Positions 25,647-34,902 are shown, numbered from the stretch's first letter. The stretch is 64,000 nt of DNA from Acidimicrobiales bacterium (GCA_035540495.1 DATLGL010000015.1:128232-192231), one strand, 5' to 3'. Notes: generated by a model not told the origin, from the letters alone. A program made the numbers and translations.

Positions 25647-26861
25647 GTGCTGACGTTGCGGGAGATCGAGCGGGAAGTGGCCGAGATGTCGGCCTCGTTC
25701 GACGCTGCACTCCTCGATCTGCACGCGGCGCGGCTGGCGGTCGAGAAGGCGACGCGGATCGAGAAGATGGCGGCCTCTGTGCGGACGAGGGCTGCCGCTC
25801 GGCTGGCGGCGCTGGGCAGCTACCGCGAGCGGGGCGAGAAGTCACCCGCGCACGAACTGGCCAAGCTCTCCGGGGTGTCGGTCGGCCAAGCCGCGGCGGA
25901 GCTGTCGGCGGCCGACCAGCTGGGTGCGCTGCCGGAGGTCGCGGATGCTGCGGCGCGCGGGGAGCTGTCGTCGCAGCAGACCACGTTGATCGCGGGCGCG
26001 CTGTCGGTGAACCCTCGTGCTGATGCTGGTTCGCTGGTCGACAAGGCGAAGCGGCTTTCCCACGCCGAACTGCGCTCGGAGTGCGACCGCCTGAAGGCCG
26101 AAGCCGACCGCGGCGCCGAGGACCGGCGGAAGCGGATCCACGACGAACGCTTCCTCCGCCGCTCGAGCCATGCCGATGGGTCGTCGTCGATCACGCTGCG
26201 CGACAACCCGGAGCGGATCGCCGCGGTGATGGCGGCGATCCAGCCGAAGCGCCGAGCGCTCTTCGACGCCGCCCGCCGAGAAGGCAGACGAGAGCGGTCC
26301 GAAGCGCTGGACGCCGACGCATTGGTGGCCACCGTGACCGAGACCTCGGGCGGGAAGCATCGCGGCGCCGGGTCGCAGGCAAAGATCCTCGTGCGGGTCG
26401 ACCTCGACGCGCTCTTGCGCGGCTATCCCATCGAAGGCGAGGTCACCGAGATCGCCGGCTACGGCCCCGTCGCCGTCTCCGTGATCGACGACATGCTCGC
26501 CACCGGCAACGCGTTCCTGGCCGCGATCGTCACCGACGGCAAGAAGGTCGTCGGCGTCGCCCACCTCGGACGCGCACCGAACGCGTGGCAGCAATCAGCG
26601 TTGGAGTGGAAGGACCCCGTCTGCACCACCGAAGGCTGCCCCCAAGTCGGGCGGCTCGAACGTGACCATCGAGTCGACTGGGCCGACACCAAGGTGACCC
26701 TGATCGACTGGCTCGACCGCATCTGCGACCACTGCCACGACCTCAAGACCCTCCACGGCTGGGCCCTCGTCGAAGGAACCGGCAAACGACCACTCGTGTC
26801 CCCAGACGACCCGCGACACCCCAGGTTCAGCAGCCGTGATCGAGCGGGCCCGGCGGCATGA
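25647..26861 (+). CDS. DUF222 domain / HNH endonuclease (13E12-repeat-type protein)
   Basis: 404 aa, GTG start. DUF222-like N-terminal part (…SPAHELAKLSGVSVGQAAAELSAADQLGALPEVADAAARGELS…). C-terminal HNH-like motif CTTEGCP...LERDHRVDWADTKVT...DHCHDLKT. Confidence 0.8.
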   Translation: MLTLREIEREVAEMSASFDAALLDLHAARLAVEKATRIEKMAASVRTRAAARLAALGSYRERGEKSPAHELAKLSGVSVGQAAAELSAADQLGALPEVADAAARGELSSQQTTLIAGALSVNPRADAGSLVDKAKRLSHAELRSECDRLKAEADRGAEDRRKRIHDERFLRRSSHADGSSSITLRDNPERIAAVMAAIQPKRRALFDAARREGRRERSEALDADALVATVTETSGGKHRGAGSQAKILVRVDLDALLRGYPIEGEVTEIAGYGPVAVSVIDDMLATGNAFLAAIVTDGKKVVGVAHLGRAPNAWQQSALEWKDPVCTTEGCPQVGRLERDHRVDWADTKVTLIDWLDRICDHCHDLKTLHGWALVEGTGKRPLVSPDDPRHPRFSSRDRAGPAA

Positions 26862-27019
26862 TCTACCTCCACGCGCTCGCGGGCCCGACATGGGTCGACG
26901 ACGAGACGTTCGCAACCGTCCGCGAGATCACGGAAGGCGCGCTCGCCGACGTTCGGGCGCCGACGTCCGCGGCGGAGGTCGCCCGGCTCGCCGACGTTCA
27001 GGTCCGGGGCAGCGGGTAG
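26858..27019 (+). CDS. Possible 53-aa ORF translationally coupled (ATGA) to the HNH gene; may be a gene remnant
   Basis: Not in the ORF track because it is under 60 aa. Own translation: MIYLHALAGPTWVDDETFATVREITEGALADVRAPTSAAEVARLADVQVRGSG. 47 of 52 codons end in G or C. The ATG overlaps the HNH stop. The 3' end overlaps the NUDIX gene by 22 nt. Confidence 0.3.
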   Translation: MIYLHALAGPTWVDDETFATVREITEGALADVRAPTSAAEVARLADVQVRGSG

Positions 27020-27480
27020 CCGTCTTCGAGCTCGGCGACGGTCCCGGAGCTCAGCGCGTCGAGGGCTGCGAGGGCGCGGCGGCCGACGCGGGGTACCAGC
27101 CGGGCTGCGGCAACGTCGCGGCCCACGAGCGACCACGCCGACAACTCGTCGGGTGGGAGGCGGACCGAGGCGCACCGCTCGTCGGTGACGGTGCCGCCGT
27201 CGTAGACGAGCATCAGCCCGTCGGGGCGGATCCCGCCGGCGAGCACGTAGTCGACGCAGAGCAGGCGGCCGACCGGCACGGTCCAGCCGAGCTCTTCGAG
27301 GACCTCGCGCTCGCACGCATCTCGTGGCGACTCGCCGTCCTCGACCAGGCCGCCCGGAAGCTCGCAGCCGTCCTTGTAGACGGGGTCGACGATCAGCAGG
27401 CGAGACCGGGACGCGTCGGTGAACAGCGCCGCAGCGCCGATCCGCTTCTTCGGGAGCGACGCATAGAACGCCTCAGACAG
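26998..27480 (-). CDS. NUDIX hydrolase, no canonical start codon upstream of the NUDIX box
   Basis: Own translation: LSEAFYASLPKKRIGAAALFTDASRSRLLIVDPVYKDGCELPGGLVEDGESPRDACEREVLEELGWTV... NUDIX box GGLVEDGESPRDACEREVLEELG. The ORF track only finds 26998..27279 because there is no in-frame ATG/GTG/TTG between 27717 and 27279. Start provisionally placed at CTG 27480, next to the upstream stop. Confidence 0.55.
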   Translation of the reverse strand: MSEAFYASLPKKRIGAAALFTDASRSRLLIVDPVYKDGCELPGGLVEDGESPRDACEREVLEELGWTVPVGRLLCVDYVLAGGIRPDGLMLVYDGGTVTDERCASVRLPPDELSAWSLVGRDVAAARLVPRVGRRALAALDALSSGTVAELEDGYPLPRT

Positions 27481-27721
27481 CGCTGAGCTCGAGAGCTGCC
27501 GCAGCGGTGGCGGCCTTCTCTCGCTCTCGCCGCCGCGACCGCGAGAGCACGATCCACGTGGCCACCGCCAGAACGACGGACACCAGCGCCAGCGCGACGT
27601 GGACGGCCTTGAAGCCGAACGAGTGGTCCGGGTCGCCGATGGTGTTCCAGATCCGGGTACCCCAGACCCAGATCGTCCAGAGCGCGAAGACGCGGATCAC
27701 GAGGCGTTCGCGGAAGGTCAT
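27473..27721 (-). CDS. Small two-TM membrane protein (SCO4848-like)
   Basis: ORF 27473..28066 trimmed to ATG 27721. MTFRERLVIRVFALWTIWVWGTRIWNTIGDPDHSFGFKAVHVALALVSVVLAVATWIVL resembles the SCO4848 family pattern. Confidence 0.6.
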   Translation of the reverse strand: MTFRERLVIRVFALWTIWVWGTRIWNTIGDPDHSFGFKAVHVALALVSVVLAVATWIVLSRSRRREREKAATAAAALELSAV

Positions 27722-27824
27722 GGACCGAACGTAGCTGTACGCCGCGAGGTAGCCGGATTTCGCGGAACCACCGGTACCTTGCGAACCAGCGGCCCGTGTC
27801 GAGCCGCGTCCTGGGGAGGGCGTC

Positions 27825-30728
27825 GTGGTTCGTCGGGTCGTGGTCGCGATGGTGGTCGTCGCGGCAGCTGCGTCGACCATGGTTCCGGCGACTCCGGCCG
27901 GCGCCGCTGCGGGCGCGCCAGCGTCGGGCTTCGGATCGCCGCCGCTGAGCTCCAAGTACGACGTTCGTGAGGGCGGCGCGGCGTACGACATCGACGGCAA
28001 CGACCAGCTCAACGAGCTGGCTGCGCTCGACGACGGACGGCTCGTCGCTGCTGGAGTCACCACCACCAGCGACTCGACCTACCTCCGGCGTGGCCTGATC
28101 GCCCGCTTCACCGCGAGCGGGCTGCTCGACCCCACGTTCTCCGCCGACGGATGGACGTCCCTGGCGGCGTCCACGGCACCGGCCACAGCGCAGGGCTTCG
28201 AAGCGGTCGCGCCCGTTGCGACCGGTGGCGTCGTGGCTGCGGGATGGCACCAGGACGACTTCGGCCGGTACCACTCGTTCATCGCCAAGGTGACGTCCAC
28301 CGGGACGCCCGACGTCACCTTCGGCGGCGGTGACGGCATCGTGACCCTCGATGCGATCGCCGGGAGGAACGAGCACGCCACCGACGTCGTCATCACGCCC
28401 GAGGGCGGGATCGTCCTCGGCGTGTTCACGCAGGCGACCGACGGCACCTCGCCGCAGCAGCAGCGCCACCTCATGAAGCTCACGCCCGCGGGGCTCCTCG
28501 ACACGACCTTCGGCGGAGGTGACGGCATCGTCGTCACCGGTCTCGGCGACGCCGGCCACCTCGGCGCTTACGGCTACGCCTTCGGCGCCCGGACGCCGCT
28601 CGTCGCGCTGCAGGGCACGTCGATCGTCGTCGCCGGCTCCACCCGCATGTCCGACACCGACGCCGACGTCGTCATCGAGCGCTACCTCGCGAACGGCACC
28701 CTCGACGCCTCGTTCGGCACCACGGGGACGACGACGGTCGACGTCGACGGGGCCAGGCGGGTCGACCACCCGTTCGACCTCGTCGTGACCACGCACGGGA
28801 TCCACGTCGGCGCCCGCACGTTCGACGGCCAGTGGATGCAAGGAGCGGTGGTCGCGCTCACCACGACCGGAGCGCCAGCGCCCGCGTTCGGCGGCGGCGA
28901 CGGATCGGTGACGGTCGTCTTCCCGCGCATGCGGCAGTGGGAGGTCCAGGGACTCGCGGTGCAGCCGGACGGCCGGGTCGTGCTCCTGGGCGACGGCAAC
29001 GACCTCGGCGGCGCGGAGTTCAACGTGCGCGTCGCTCGCATGAGCGCAGTCGGTGTGCCCGATCCGTCGTTCGACGGCGACGGGTTCGCGCACCTCGACG
29101 TCTCGCACTTCGAGCACTGGCGCGACATCGTCGTCAGCGGTGGCCGGCTGATCGCTGCGGGTTCGATCGGCTCGAGCCCCGACACCGACATCGCGCTCGG
29201 GGCGATCGACGCCGTCGACGGGCCGCTGCCGATGGCATCGATCGCCGACGCGACCATGGTCGAAGGGGAACCACGTGACGTCCCGCAACTCAAGGTCGCA
29301 GTGACGTTGTCGTACGCCGTCAGCCACCGCACGCGGGTGTACGTCACCTCCTACGACATCGACACCCAGTACGACCTCACGCACATCGACGGCGCCATCG
29401 TGTTCGAGGCGGGGCAGACGCTCCAGTACGCGCACGTCTCCGTTCACGAGGACTCGATCGACGAGAACGACGAGCGCTTCCGGCTCGTGCTGTCGGCCCC
29501 GGAACGGGCAGGCATCGCCGACGGCGAAGGCATCGTCACGATCGTCGACGAAGACCCAGGACCGGCCATCACCGCTGCATCCGTGCGCGGCAACGAGGGC
29601 TCGAGCCTGACCTTCGAGTTCCGCCTCTCGGAGACGAGCCCTGCGCCCATCCGGTTCATCGCCGCGACGCAGCCAGGTACCGCGACCGAGAACCGCGACT
29701 ACACCTACACCTGGGCCAAGTACGAGATCCCGCCCGGCTCGAGGTCGGCGACGTTCACGGTCCGGACAGCAGAGGACGACGAGGTCGAGCTCGACGAGAC
29801 GTTCCGGGTCCGGCTCTACGACGTCGACAACGCCCGGAGCTTCGAGGAGCCGACGGGCACGATCGCCGACGTCCGCCCGCAGTCGACCACGACGACGACC
29901 ACCACCACCACGACGACCGACCCGAGCTCCGCGACCACCGGTGGATCGGCCTCGCGGCCAGAGCCCCAGCCGGCGCGACGGCAGGGCTACTGGATGATCG
30001 GACGGACCGGCGACGTGCACGCCTTCGGCGACGCCCGCTGGCACGGGAACACCGACGAGCCCGCCGGGAGCGAGGTCGTCGACCTCGAGCCGACGAGCAC
30101 CGGCAACGGTTACTGGACCGTCACCAACCGAGGGCAGGTGTACACCCACGGCGACGCGCCGTTCCACGGCGGAGGTCCCGCTCTGGCGACCGGCGAGACC
30201 GTCACGAGCCTGTCGCGAACGGCGACCGGCCGCGGGTACTGGCTGTTCTCCACCCGAGGACGCGTCTTCGCCTACGGCGATGCCGTCCACCACGGCGACA
30301 TGGCGGGGCGCCCACTGAACGGCCCGGTGCTCGACTCGATCCCGACCGCCACCGGCCGCGGCTACTACATGGTCGCCTCCGACGGCGGGATCTTCACCTT
30401 CGGCGATGGCAGGTTCCTCGGCTCGATGGGCCACACGAAGCTCAACGCGCCCGTGCAGTCGCTGGTGCCCGATCCGGATGCGTCCGGGTACTGGCTCGTC
30501 GCGTCGGACGGCGGCATCTTCGCCTTCGACGCACCCTTCTACGGCTCGATGGGCCACACGAAGCTCAACAAGCCGGTCACCGGCATGGTCGGCTTCGGCA
30601 GCGGTTACCTGATGGTCGCCGAAGACGGCGGCATCTTCACCTTCGGCAACGCGCCCTTCAGGGGCAGCCTCGGCGACCGTCCGCCGCTCCAGCCGATCGT
30701 GTCGGCCGCCGTGCTCGACCAGGTGTAG
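27825..30728 (+). CDS. Large secreted multidomain protein: signal peptide, six delta-60-type repeats, two Calx-beta domains, poly-Thr linker, six GYW-type propeller repeats
   Basis: 967 aa, GTG start behind GGGGAGGG. Signal peptide MVRRVVVAMVVVAAAASTMVPATPAGA. Recurrent (L)DP(T/S)FGGGDG every ~60 aa. Calx-beta-like segments (ADATMVEGEPR..., GNEGSSLTFEFRLSE...TATENRDYT...). T11 linker. Six ~42-aa repeats GYW(L/M)VAsDGGIF(A/T)FGDA.F.GS.G at 29983-30725. Confidence 0.85.
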   Translation: MVRRVVVAMVVVAAAASTMVPATPAGAAAGAPASGFGSPPLSSKYDVREGGAAYDIDGNDQLNELAALDDGRLVAAGVTTTSDSTYLRRGLIARFTASGLLDPTFSADGWTSLAASTAPATAQGFEAVAPVATGGVVAAGWHQDDFGRYHSFIAKVTSTGTPDVTFGGGDGIVTLDAIAGRNEHATDVVITPEGGIVLGVFTQATDGTSPQQQRHLMKLTPAGLLDTTFGGGDGIVVTGLGDAGHLGAYGYAFGARTPLVALQGTSIVVAGSTRMSDTDADVVIERYLANGTLDASFGTTGTTTVDVDGARRVDHPFDLVVTTHGIHVGARTFDGQWMQGAVVALTTTGAPAPAFGGGDGSVTVVFPRMRQWEVQGLAVQPDGRVVLLGDGNDLGGAEFNVRVARMSAVGVPDPSFDGDGFAHLDVSHFEHWRDIVVSGGRLIAAGSIGSSPDTDIALGAIDAVDGPLPMASIADATMVEGEPRDVPQLKVAVTLSYAVSHRTRVYVTSYDIDTQYDLTHIDGAIVFEAGQTLQYAHVSVHEDSIDENDERFRLVLSAPERAGIADGEGIVTIVDEDPGPAITAASVRGNEGSSLTFEFRLSETSPAPIRFIAATQPGTATENRDYTYTWAKYEIPPGSRSATFTVRTAEDDEVELDETFRVRLYDVDNARSFEEPTGTIADVRPQSTTTTTTTTTTTDPSSATTGGSASRPEPQPARRQGYWMIGRTGDVHAFGDARWHGNTDEPAGSEVVDLEPTSTGNGYWTVTNRGQVYTHGDAPFHGGGPALATGETVTSLSRTATGRGYWLFSTRGRVFAYGDAVHHGDMAGRPLNGPVLDSIPTATGRGYYMVASDGGIFTFGDGRFLGSMGHTKLNAPVQSLVPDPDASGYWLVASDGGIFAFDAPFYGSMGHTKLNKPVTGMVGFGSGYLMVAEDGGIFTFGNAPFRGSLGDRPPLQPIVSAAVLDQV

Positions 30729-30734
30729 GCGCGC

Positions 30735-31490
30735 TCAACCAGCAGACCGCACGCGCGCGAGGAAGCTCTGCGTACGCGCCTCACGGGGTGAGACCAACAC
30801 CTCGGCCGGCGGCCCCTGCTCGACGACGATGCCCTCGTCCATGAACACCACTCGGTCGGCAACCTCGCGGGCGAAGCCCATCTCGTGGGTGACGACGACC
30901 ATCGTCATGCCCTCGTCGGCCAGCTTCCGCATCACCGCCAGCACGTCACCGACGAGCTCGGGATCGAGCGCCGAGGTCGGCTCGTCGAAGAGCATCACCT
31001 TCGGCGACAGCGCGAGTGCCCGGGCGATCGCCACCCTCTGCTGCTGACCACCGGACAGCCGTACCGGGTACTGATCCGCCTTGTCGGCGAGGCCGACCTC
31101 CTCCAGCAGCGACCGCGCACGTGCTTCCGCCTTGCGAGCGTCGAGCTTGAGAACGGTCCGCAGCGCCAGCATGACGTTCCCGAGCGCGGTCTTGTGCGGG
31201 AACAGGTTGAACGACTGGAAGACCATCCCCATCTTCGTTCGCACCCGGTCGAGGTCGACACGGGCGGCGGTGACCTCGTCGCCGTCGACCACGATCGTCC
31301 CGCTCGTCGGCTCCTCCAGGCGGTTGATGCAACGGAGCAGGGTCGACTTGCCCGATCCCGACGGCCCGATCACGCACACGACCTCGCCGGCCGCGACCTC
31401 GAGGTCGATCCCCCGCAGCACCTCGTGCTCGCCGAAGTACTTGTGCAGATCGCGGATCGTGATCATCGGAGGCGACGACACGGCGGTCAC
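30735..31490 (-). CDS. Amino acid ABC transporter ATP-binding protein (GlnQ/HisP-like)
   Basis: Walker [10 protein letters not shown], signature [15 protein letters not shown], Walker [16 protein letters not shown] 31490 forms a GTGA overlap with the permease stop (alternative ATG 31466). Confidence 0.9.
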   Translation of the reverse strand: MTAVSSPPMITIRDLHKYFGEHEVLRGIDLEVAAGEVVCVIGPSGSGKSTLLRCINRLEEPTSGTIVVDGDEVTAARVDLDRVRTKMGMVFQSFNLFPHKTALGNVMLALRTVLKLDARKAEARARSLLEEVGLADKADQYPVRLSGGQQQRVAIARALALSPKVMLFDEPTSALDPELVGDVLAVMRKLADEGMTMVVVTHEMGFAREVADRVVFMDEGIVVEQGPPAEVLVSPREARTQSFLARVRSAG

Positions 31491-32182
31491 CGCGACACCT
31501 TCGCCCGCTTCTCCAACAACGCCACGAGCCGGATCAACGGGATCGTGATGATCAGGTACATGATCCCCCCGGCGACGAACGGCGAGCTGTTCGACGTGCC
31601 GTTCACGAAGTCGCGGGCGAACTTGGTGATCTCCTTGCCGCCGGCGACGGTGCCGAGCGCAGCGAGCAGCGCGGTGTCCTTGAACAGCAGGACGAGCTCG
31701 TTCGTGAGGGGAGGCACGATCAGCCGGAACGCCTGCGGAAGGATCACCTTCCGCATCGCGACGCCGTGCGGCATGCCCAGCGATCGGGCCGCCTCCATCT
31801 GCCCTCGGGGCACCGCCTCGATGCCGGCACGGATGGTCTCGGAGATGTACGCGCCGCCGACCAGCGACAGGGCGAGCGACCCCGGGAAGTAGCGCTCGAA
31901 GGGGAACTTCCATCCGGTGGCGATGGGGATGCCGAAGCCGATGATGAAGATCGTCAGAAGCGCCGGTAGCCCACGCAGGACGTCGGTGAACACGGCGGCC
32001 GGCCACCGCACGAAGCGGGATCGGCTCAACCGCATCAGCGCCACGAGGAGCCCGAGGAGGAGCCCGCCGGTGAACGCGAAGAAGGTGAAGATGATCGTGT
32101 TCTTGGCGCCCTCGGTGATGAGCTCCGGGAGCATGTCCCGGATGACGTCGAGGTTCAGGAACTCATCGACGAAGGTGTTCAC
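31487..32182 (-). CDS. Amino acid ABC transporter permease (HisM/GlnP-like)
   Basis: 231 aa. EAA-type loop [25 protein letters not shown]. Confidence 0.9.
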   Translation of the reverse strand: MNTFVDEFLNLDVIRDMLPELITEGAKNTIIFTFFAFTGGLLLGLLVALMRLSRSRFVRWPAAVFTDVLRGLPALLTIFIIGFGIPIATGWKFPFERYFPGSLALSLVGGAYISETIRAGIEAVPRGQMEAARSLGMPHGVAMRKVILPQAFRLIVPPLTNELVLLFKDTALLAALGTVAGGKEITKFARDFVNGTSNSSPFVAGGIMYLIITIPLIRLVALLEKRAKVSR

Positions 32183-32188
32183 GACGAG

Positions 32189-33037
32189 CTACGACGTCGC
32201 GCTCTCGCCCAGGTACTCCTCGAGGATCTCGTCGTACGTGCCGCTGTCGCGCAGCGACTTCAGCGCGGCGTTCAGCGCCTCGACGAGCGCGGTGTTGCCC
32301 TTCTTGACGACGAACCCGTACTCCTCCTTCTCGTCTTCCTCGAACACCTTCGACACGACGGTGTCGCCGGTCGTCTCGGCGTTGTAGGAGTTGATCGGGA
32401 AGTCCTGCAGCACGGCGTCGACCTGCTTCGCCTTGAGTGCCGTGAACAGCTCGTCGGCACCGGTGAACTCCTTCACCGAGTACCCGTTCGCCTTGGCGTT
32501 CGCTTCCGCGTACGCGGCACCCGTCGTCTCCGACTGCACGCCGACGGTCTTGCCCTTCAGCGCCGCGAGGTCGTTGAGCGTCGATTCCTCGCCCTTGCGG
32601 ACGAGCAGCGACTGGTTGATCTCGAAGTAGCCGTCGGTGAACTCGTTGTTCTTCTTGCGCTCGTCGGTGATCGACACCGACGACGCGATCACGTCGCAGT
32701 TCCCTGCAGCCAGCGAGGCGAAGATGCCGTCGAAGTCGGTGTCGCGGAAGTCGGCCTCGAGGTCGAGCTCCTTCGCCATCGCCTTCATCAGGTCGACGTC
32801 GATGCCCTTGAGGTCGCCGCCGTCCTCGAACTCGAACGGCGCGTACGGGATGTCGGAGCAGACAGTCAGCTTCCCGTCGTCGACCAGACCGAGGTCGGCG
32901 GCTTCCGACGATCGCGAACCGGAGCCGGACCCGCTGCCCGACTCGACGCTGTCGCCGTCGTCGTCACCGCCGCAGGCGGACATCAACAGCGTGAGGGAGA
33001 AGACGACGGCGAGAAGTCGAAGGAGACGACGGGACAC
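32189..33037 (-). CDS. Amino acid ABC transporter substrate-binding lipoprotein (family 3 SBP)
   Basis: 282 aa. Lipobox-like LLMSAC. SBP_bac_3 pattern (LTVCSDIPYAPFEFEDGGDLKGIDVDLMKAMAKEL...). The GTG start directly follows the rnhB stop. Confidence 0.85.
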   Translation of the reverse strand: MSRRLLRLLAVVFSLTLLMSACGGDDDGDSVESGSGSGSGSRSSEAADLGLVDDGKLTVCSDIPYAPFEFEDGGDLKGIDVDLMKAMAKELDLEADFRDTDFDGIFASLAAGNCDVIASSVSITDERKKNNEFTDGYFEINQSLLVRKGEESTLNDLAALKGKTVGVQSETTGAAYAEANAKANGYSVKEFTGADELFTALKAKQVDAVLQDFPINSYNAETTGDTVVSKVFEEDEKEEYGFVVKKGNTALVEALNAALKSLRDSGTYDEILEEYLGESATS

Positions 33038-33766
33038 TCAATCCTCCAAGTCGGTGAACAGGTCGGGGCGGTCGGGATCGACCAGGTGCGCCGGTACGGC
33101 GCGAGCGATGCCCCACGGCAGGTGGTCCATGAAGACCCACGCCCGCCGGTGGATCGACGTCGGCCCCCACGCGCGCAACGACGCCTTGTGCCTCGGACAC
33201 GGATAGCCCTTGTTGAGCTCGAAGTCGTAACCCGGGAAGTTCTCGGCCTCCGCCCGCATGATGCGGTCGCGCGAGACCTTGGCCAGGATCGACGCCGTCG
33301 CGATGGTCAGGCAACGGGCGTCGCCCTTCACGATGCGGCGCGTCGTGCCCATACCGACGAAGTCCCAGTTGCCGTCGACGAGGACGACATCCGGCGGCGA
33401 CGACAGCCCCAGCCCTTCGATGGCGCGACGCGCCGCGAGCTTCTGCGCGGCCGACATGCCGAGGGTGTCGCACTCCTCCTGCGACGCGTGCCCGACCGCC
33501 CACGCGCGGCACCAGCCGACCAGGCGGTCGTACATCGCCTCCCGCTCCGGCTCGGTGAGCATCTTCGACTCGCGCACCTTGTAGACGCGCCGGTCAGGCG
33601 GAAGGACCGCGGCGCCGACCGTGATCGGCCCGGCCCACGCGCCGCGCCCGACCTCGTCGACGCCGACGACGACGTCGTGGCCTTCGGCCCACAGCTCGCG
33701 CTCGTACGAGAGGCTCGGAGCCGTGCGACGGTTCGCCCGTCGGACGGCGGGCACCGTCGCAGTCAT
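33038..33766 (-). CDS. rnhB: Ribonuclease HII
   Basis: GVDEVGRGAWAGPI (catalytic DE motif), LVDGN, SILAKVSRD. Confidence 0.9.
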   Translation of the reverse strand: MTATVPAVRRANRRTAPSLSYERELWAEGHDVVVGVDEVGRGAWAGPITVGAAVLPPDRRVYKVRESKMLTEPEREAMYDRLVGWCRAWAVGHASQEECDTLGMSAAQKLAARRAIEGLGLSSPPDVVLVDGNWDFVGMGTTRRIVKGDARCLTIATASILAKVSRDRIMRAEAENFPGYDFELNKGYPCPRHKASLRAWGPTSIHRRAWVFMDHLPWGIARAVPAHLVDPDRPDLFTDLED

Positions 33767-33785
33767 GCGGCGTCGACGATACCGC

Positions 33786-34799
33786 TCAGCGGAGGACCAC
33801 CGAAGCAGGTCCGGCGGCGACGTCGCCGATCACGGTGAACAGCTCGCCGAGGTCGCCGACGGCCCCTGGAGCGACCGCTGCGAGCAGCCCGCCCGACGTC
33901 TGGGGGTCGTAGCACAGCGCCTCCATCGCGACGTCGACGCCGCTCGCGACGGCGACCAGCTCGCCCAGCGCGGCCCGGTTGCGCGCGTCACCGCCCGTCC
34001 GGACCCCGTTCCTCGCCGCGTCGAGCGCGCCGTCGTAGAGCGGCAGCGCGGACGCGGAGAAGACCAGTCGCGCCTCCGACCGCTCCGCCATCTCCCACCC
34101 GTGTCCGAACAGCCCGTAGCCGGTGACATCGGTGACGGCGTGGACCTGCGGCCCTGCGGCCGACAGCGCCTCCGCCGCCTCGCGGTTCAGCACCCGCATG
34201 CGAGCGATTGCGGCGCTCTTGTCGTCGTCACGACCTCCTGCGAGGACGATGCCGGTACCGAGCGGTTTCGACAGCACGAGCACGTCGCTGGAGCGGGCGC
34301 CGGCTTTCGTCCACACGCGGTCGGGGTGCACGAACCCCTGCACCGCAAGGCCGAAGATCGGCTCCTCGCTGCGGATCGTGTGGCCGCCGGCGACCACGCC
34401 GCCGGCCCGCTCGACCACCTCCGCGGCGGCCGACAAGATCGCTTCGACCGCAGCGAGAGGCATGCGCTCCGGGAACGCCGAGATGTTCAGCGCCAGCACG
34501 ACGCGTGCGCCCATCGCGAAGACGTCACTGCAGGCGTTCGCCGCGGCGATGGCGCCGAAGTCGGACGGGTCGTCGACGAGTGGCGGGAAGAAGTCGGTCG
34601 TCGAGACGAGCGCCGTGTCGTCGTTCACCCGCAGGACCGCCGCGTCGTCGAACGGCGTCAGCCCGACCAGGAGGTCGGCGGTCGCCGCCGACACCGCGAG
34701 GTCGGCGACGAGCGATCGGAGCGGAGCCGCGCCCCATTTCGCCGCGCACCCGCCACAGGAGGTCCACTCCGTGAGCCGAATCGTGTCGCTTCCTGCCAT
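33786..34799 (-). CDS. selD: Selenide, water dikinase (selenophosphate synthetase), Cys-type
   Basis: ORF 33786..34970 trimmed to ATG 34799. N-terminal active-site loop SCGGCAAKWG, with Cys at the Sec/Cys position. AIR-synthase-like fold motifs (DDAAV, TTDFF, DVTGYGLFGH). Confidence 0.85.
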   Translation of the reverse strand: MAGSDTIRLTEWTSCGGCAAKWGAAPLRSLVADLAVSAATADLLVGLTPFDDAAVLRVNDDTALVSTTDFFPPLVDDPSDFGAIAAANACSDVFAMGARVVLALNISAFPERMPLAAVEAILSAAAEVVERAGGVVAGGHTIRSEEPIFGLAVQGFVHPDRVWTKAGARSSDVLVLSKPLGTGIVLAGGRDDDKSAAIARMRVLNREAAEALSAAGPQVHAVTDVTGYGLFGHGWEMAERSEARLVFSASALPLYDGALDAARNGVRTGGDARNRAALGELVAVASGVDVAMEALCYDPQTSGGLLAAVAPGAVGDLGELFTVIGDVAAGPASVVLR

Positions 34800-34902
34800 G
34801 AAACGCCCTTCAGCTGACCACCGCATGACGAACTGGTGAAGAACGGGGCGCAACCGGCGTGTCCGCCTTGCCCGCTGCGGCTCAGGCTTCCACAATGGCG
34901 CC

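Noticed and set aside
29881-29915. ACG/ACC codon run (poly-Thr) in the secreted protein, and the Pro-Ala/Thr runs at 48890-48985 in the PBP1A gene
   Set aside because: These are in-frame low-complexity interdomain or C-terminal linkers typical of actinobacterial secreted proteins. They are not independent repeat elements.
27393-30557. 1054-aa ORF on the minus strand, the longest minus-strand ORF in this part of the window
   Set aside because: It is antisense to the 967-aa secreted protein gene. The translation is Arg/Gly/Asp/Val-rich low-complexity sequence with no motifs. This is the typical shadow ORF of a high-GC gene, whereas the plus-strand product has clear domain structure.
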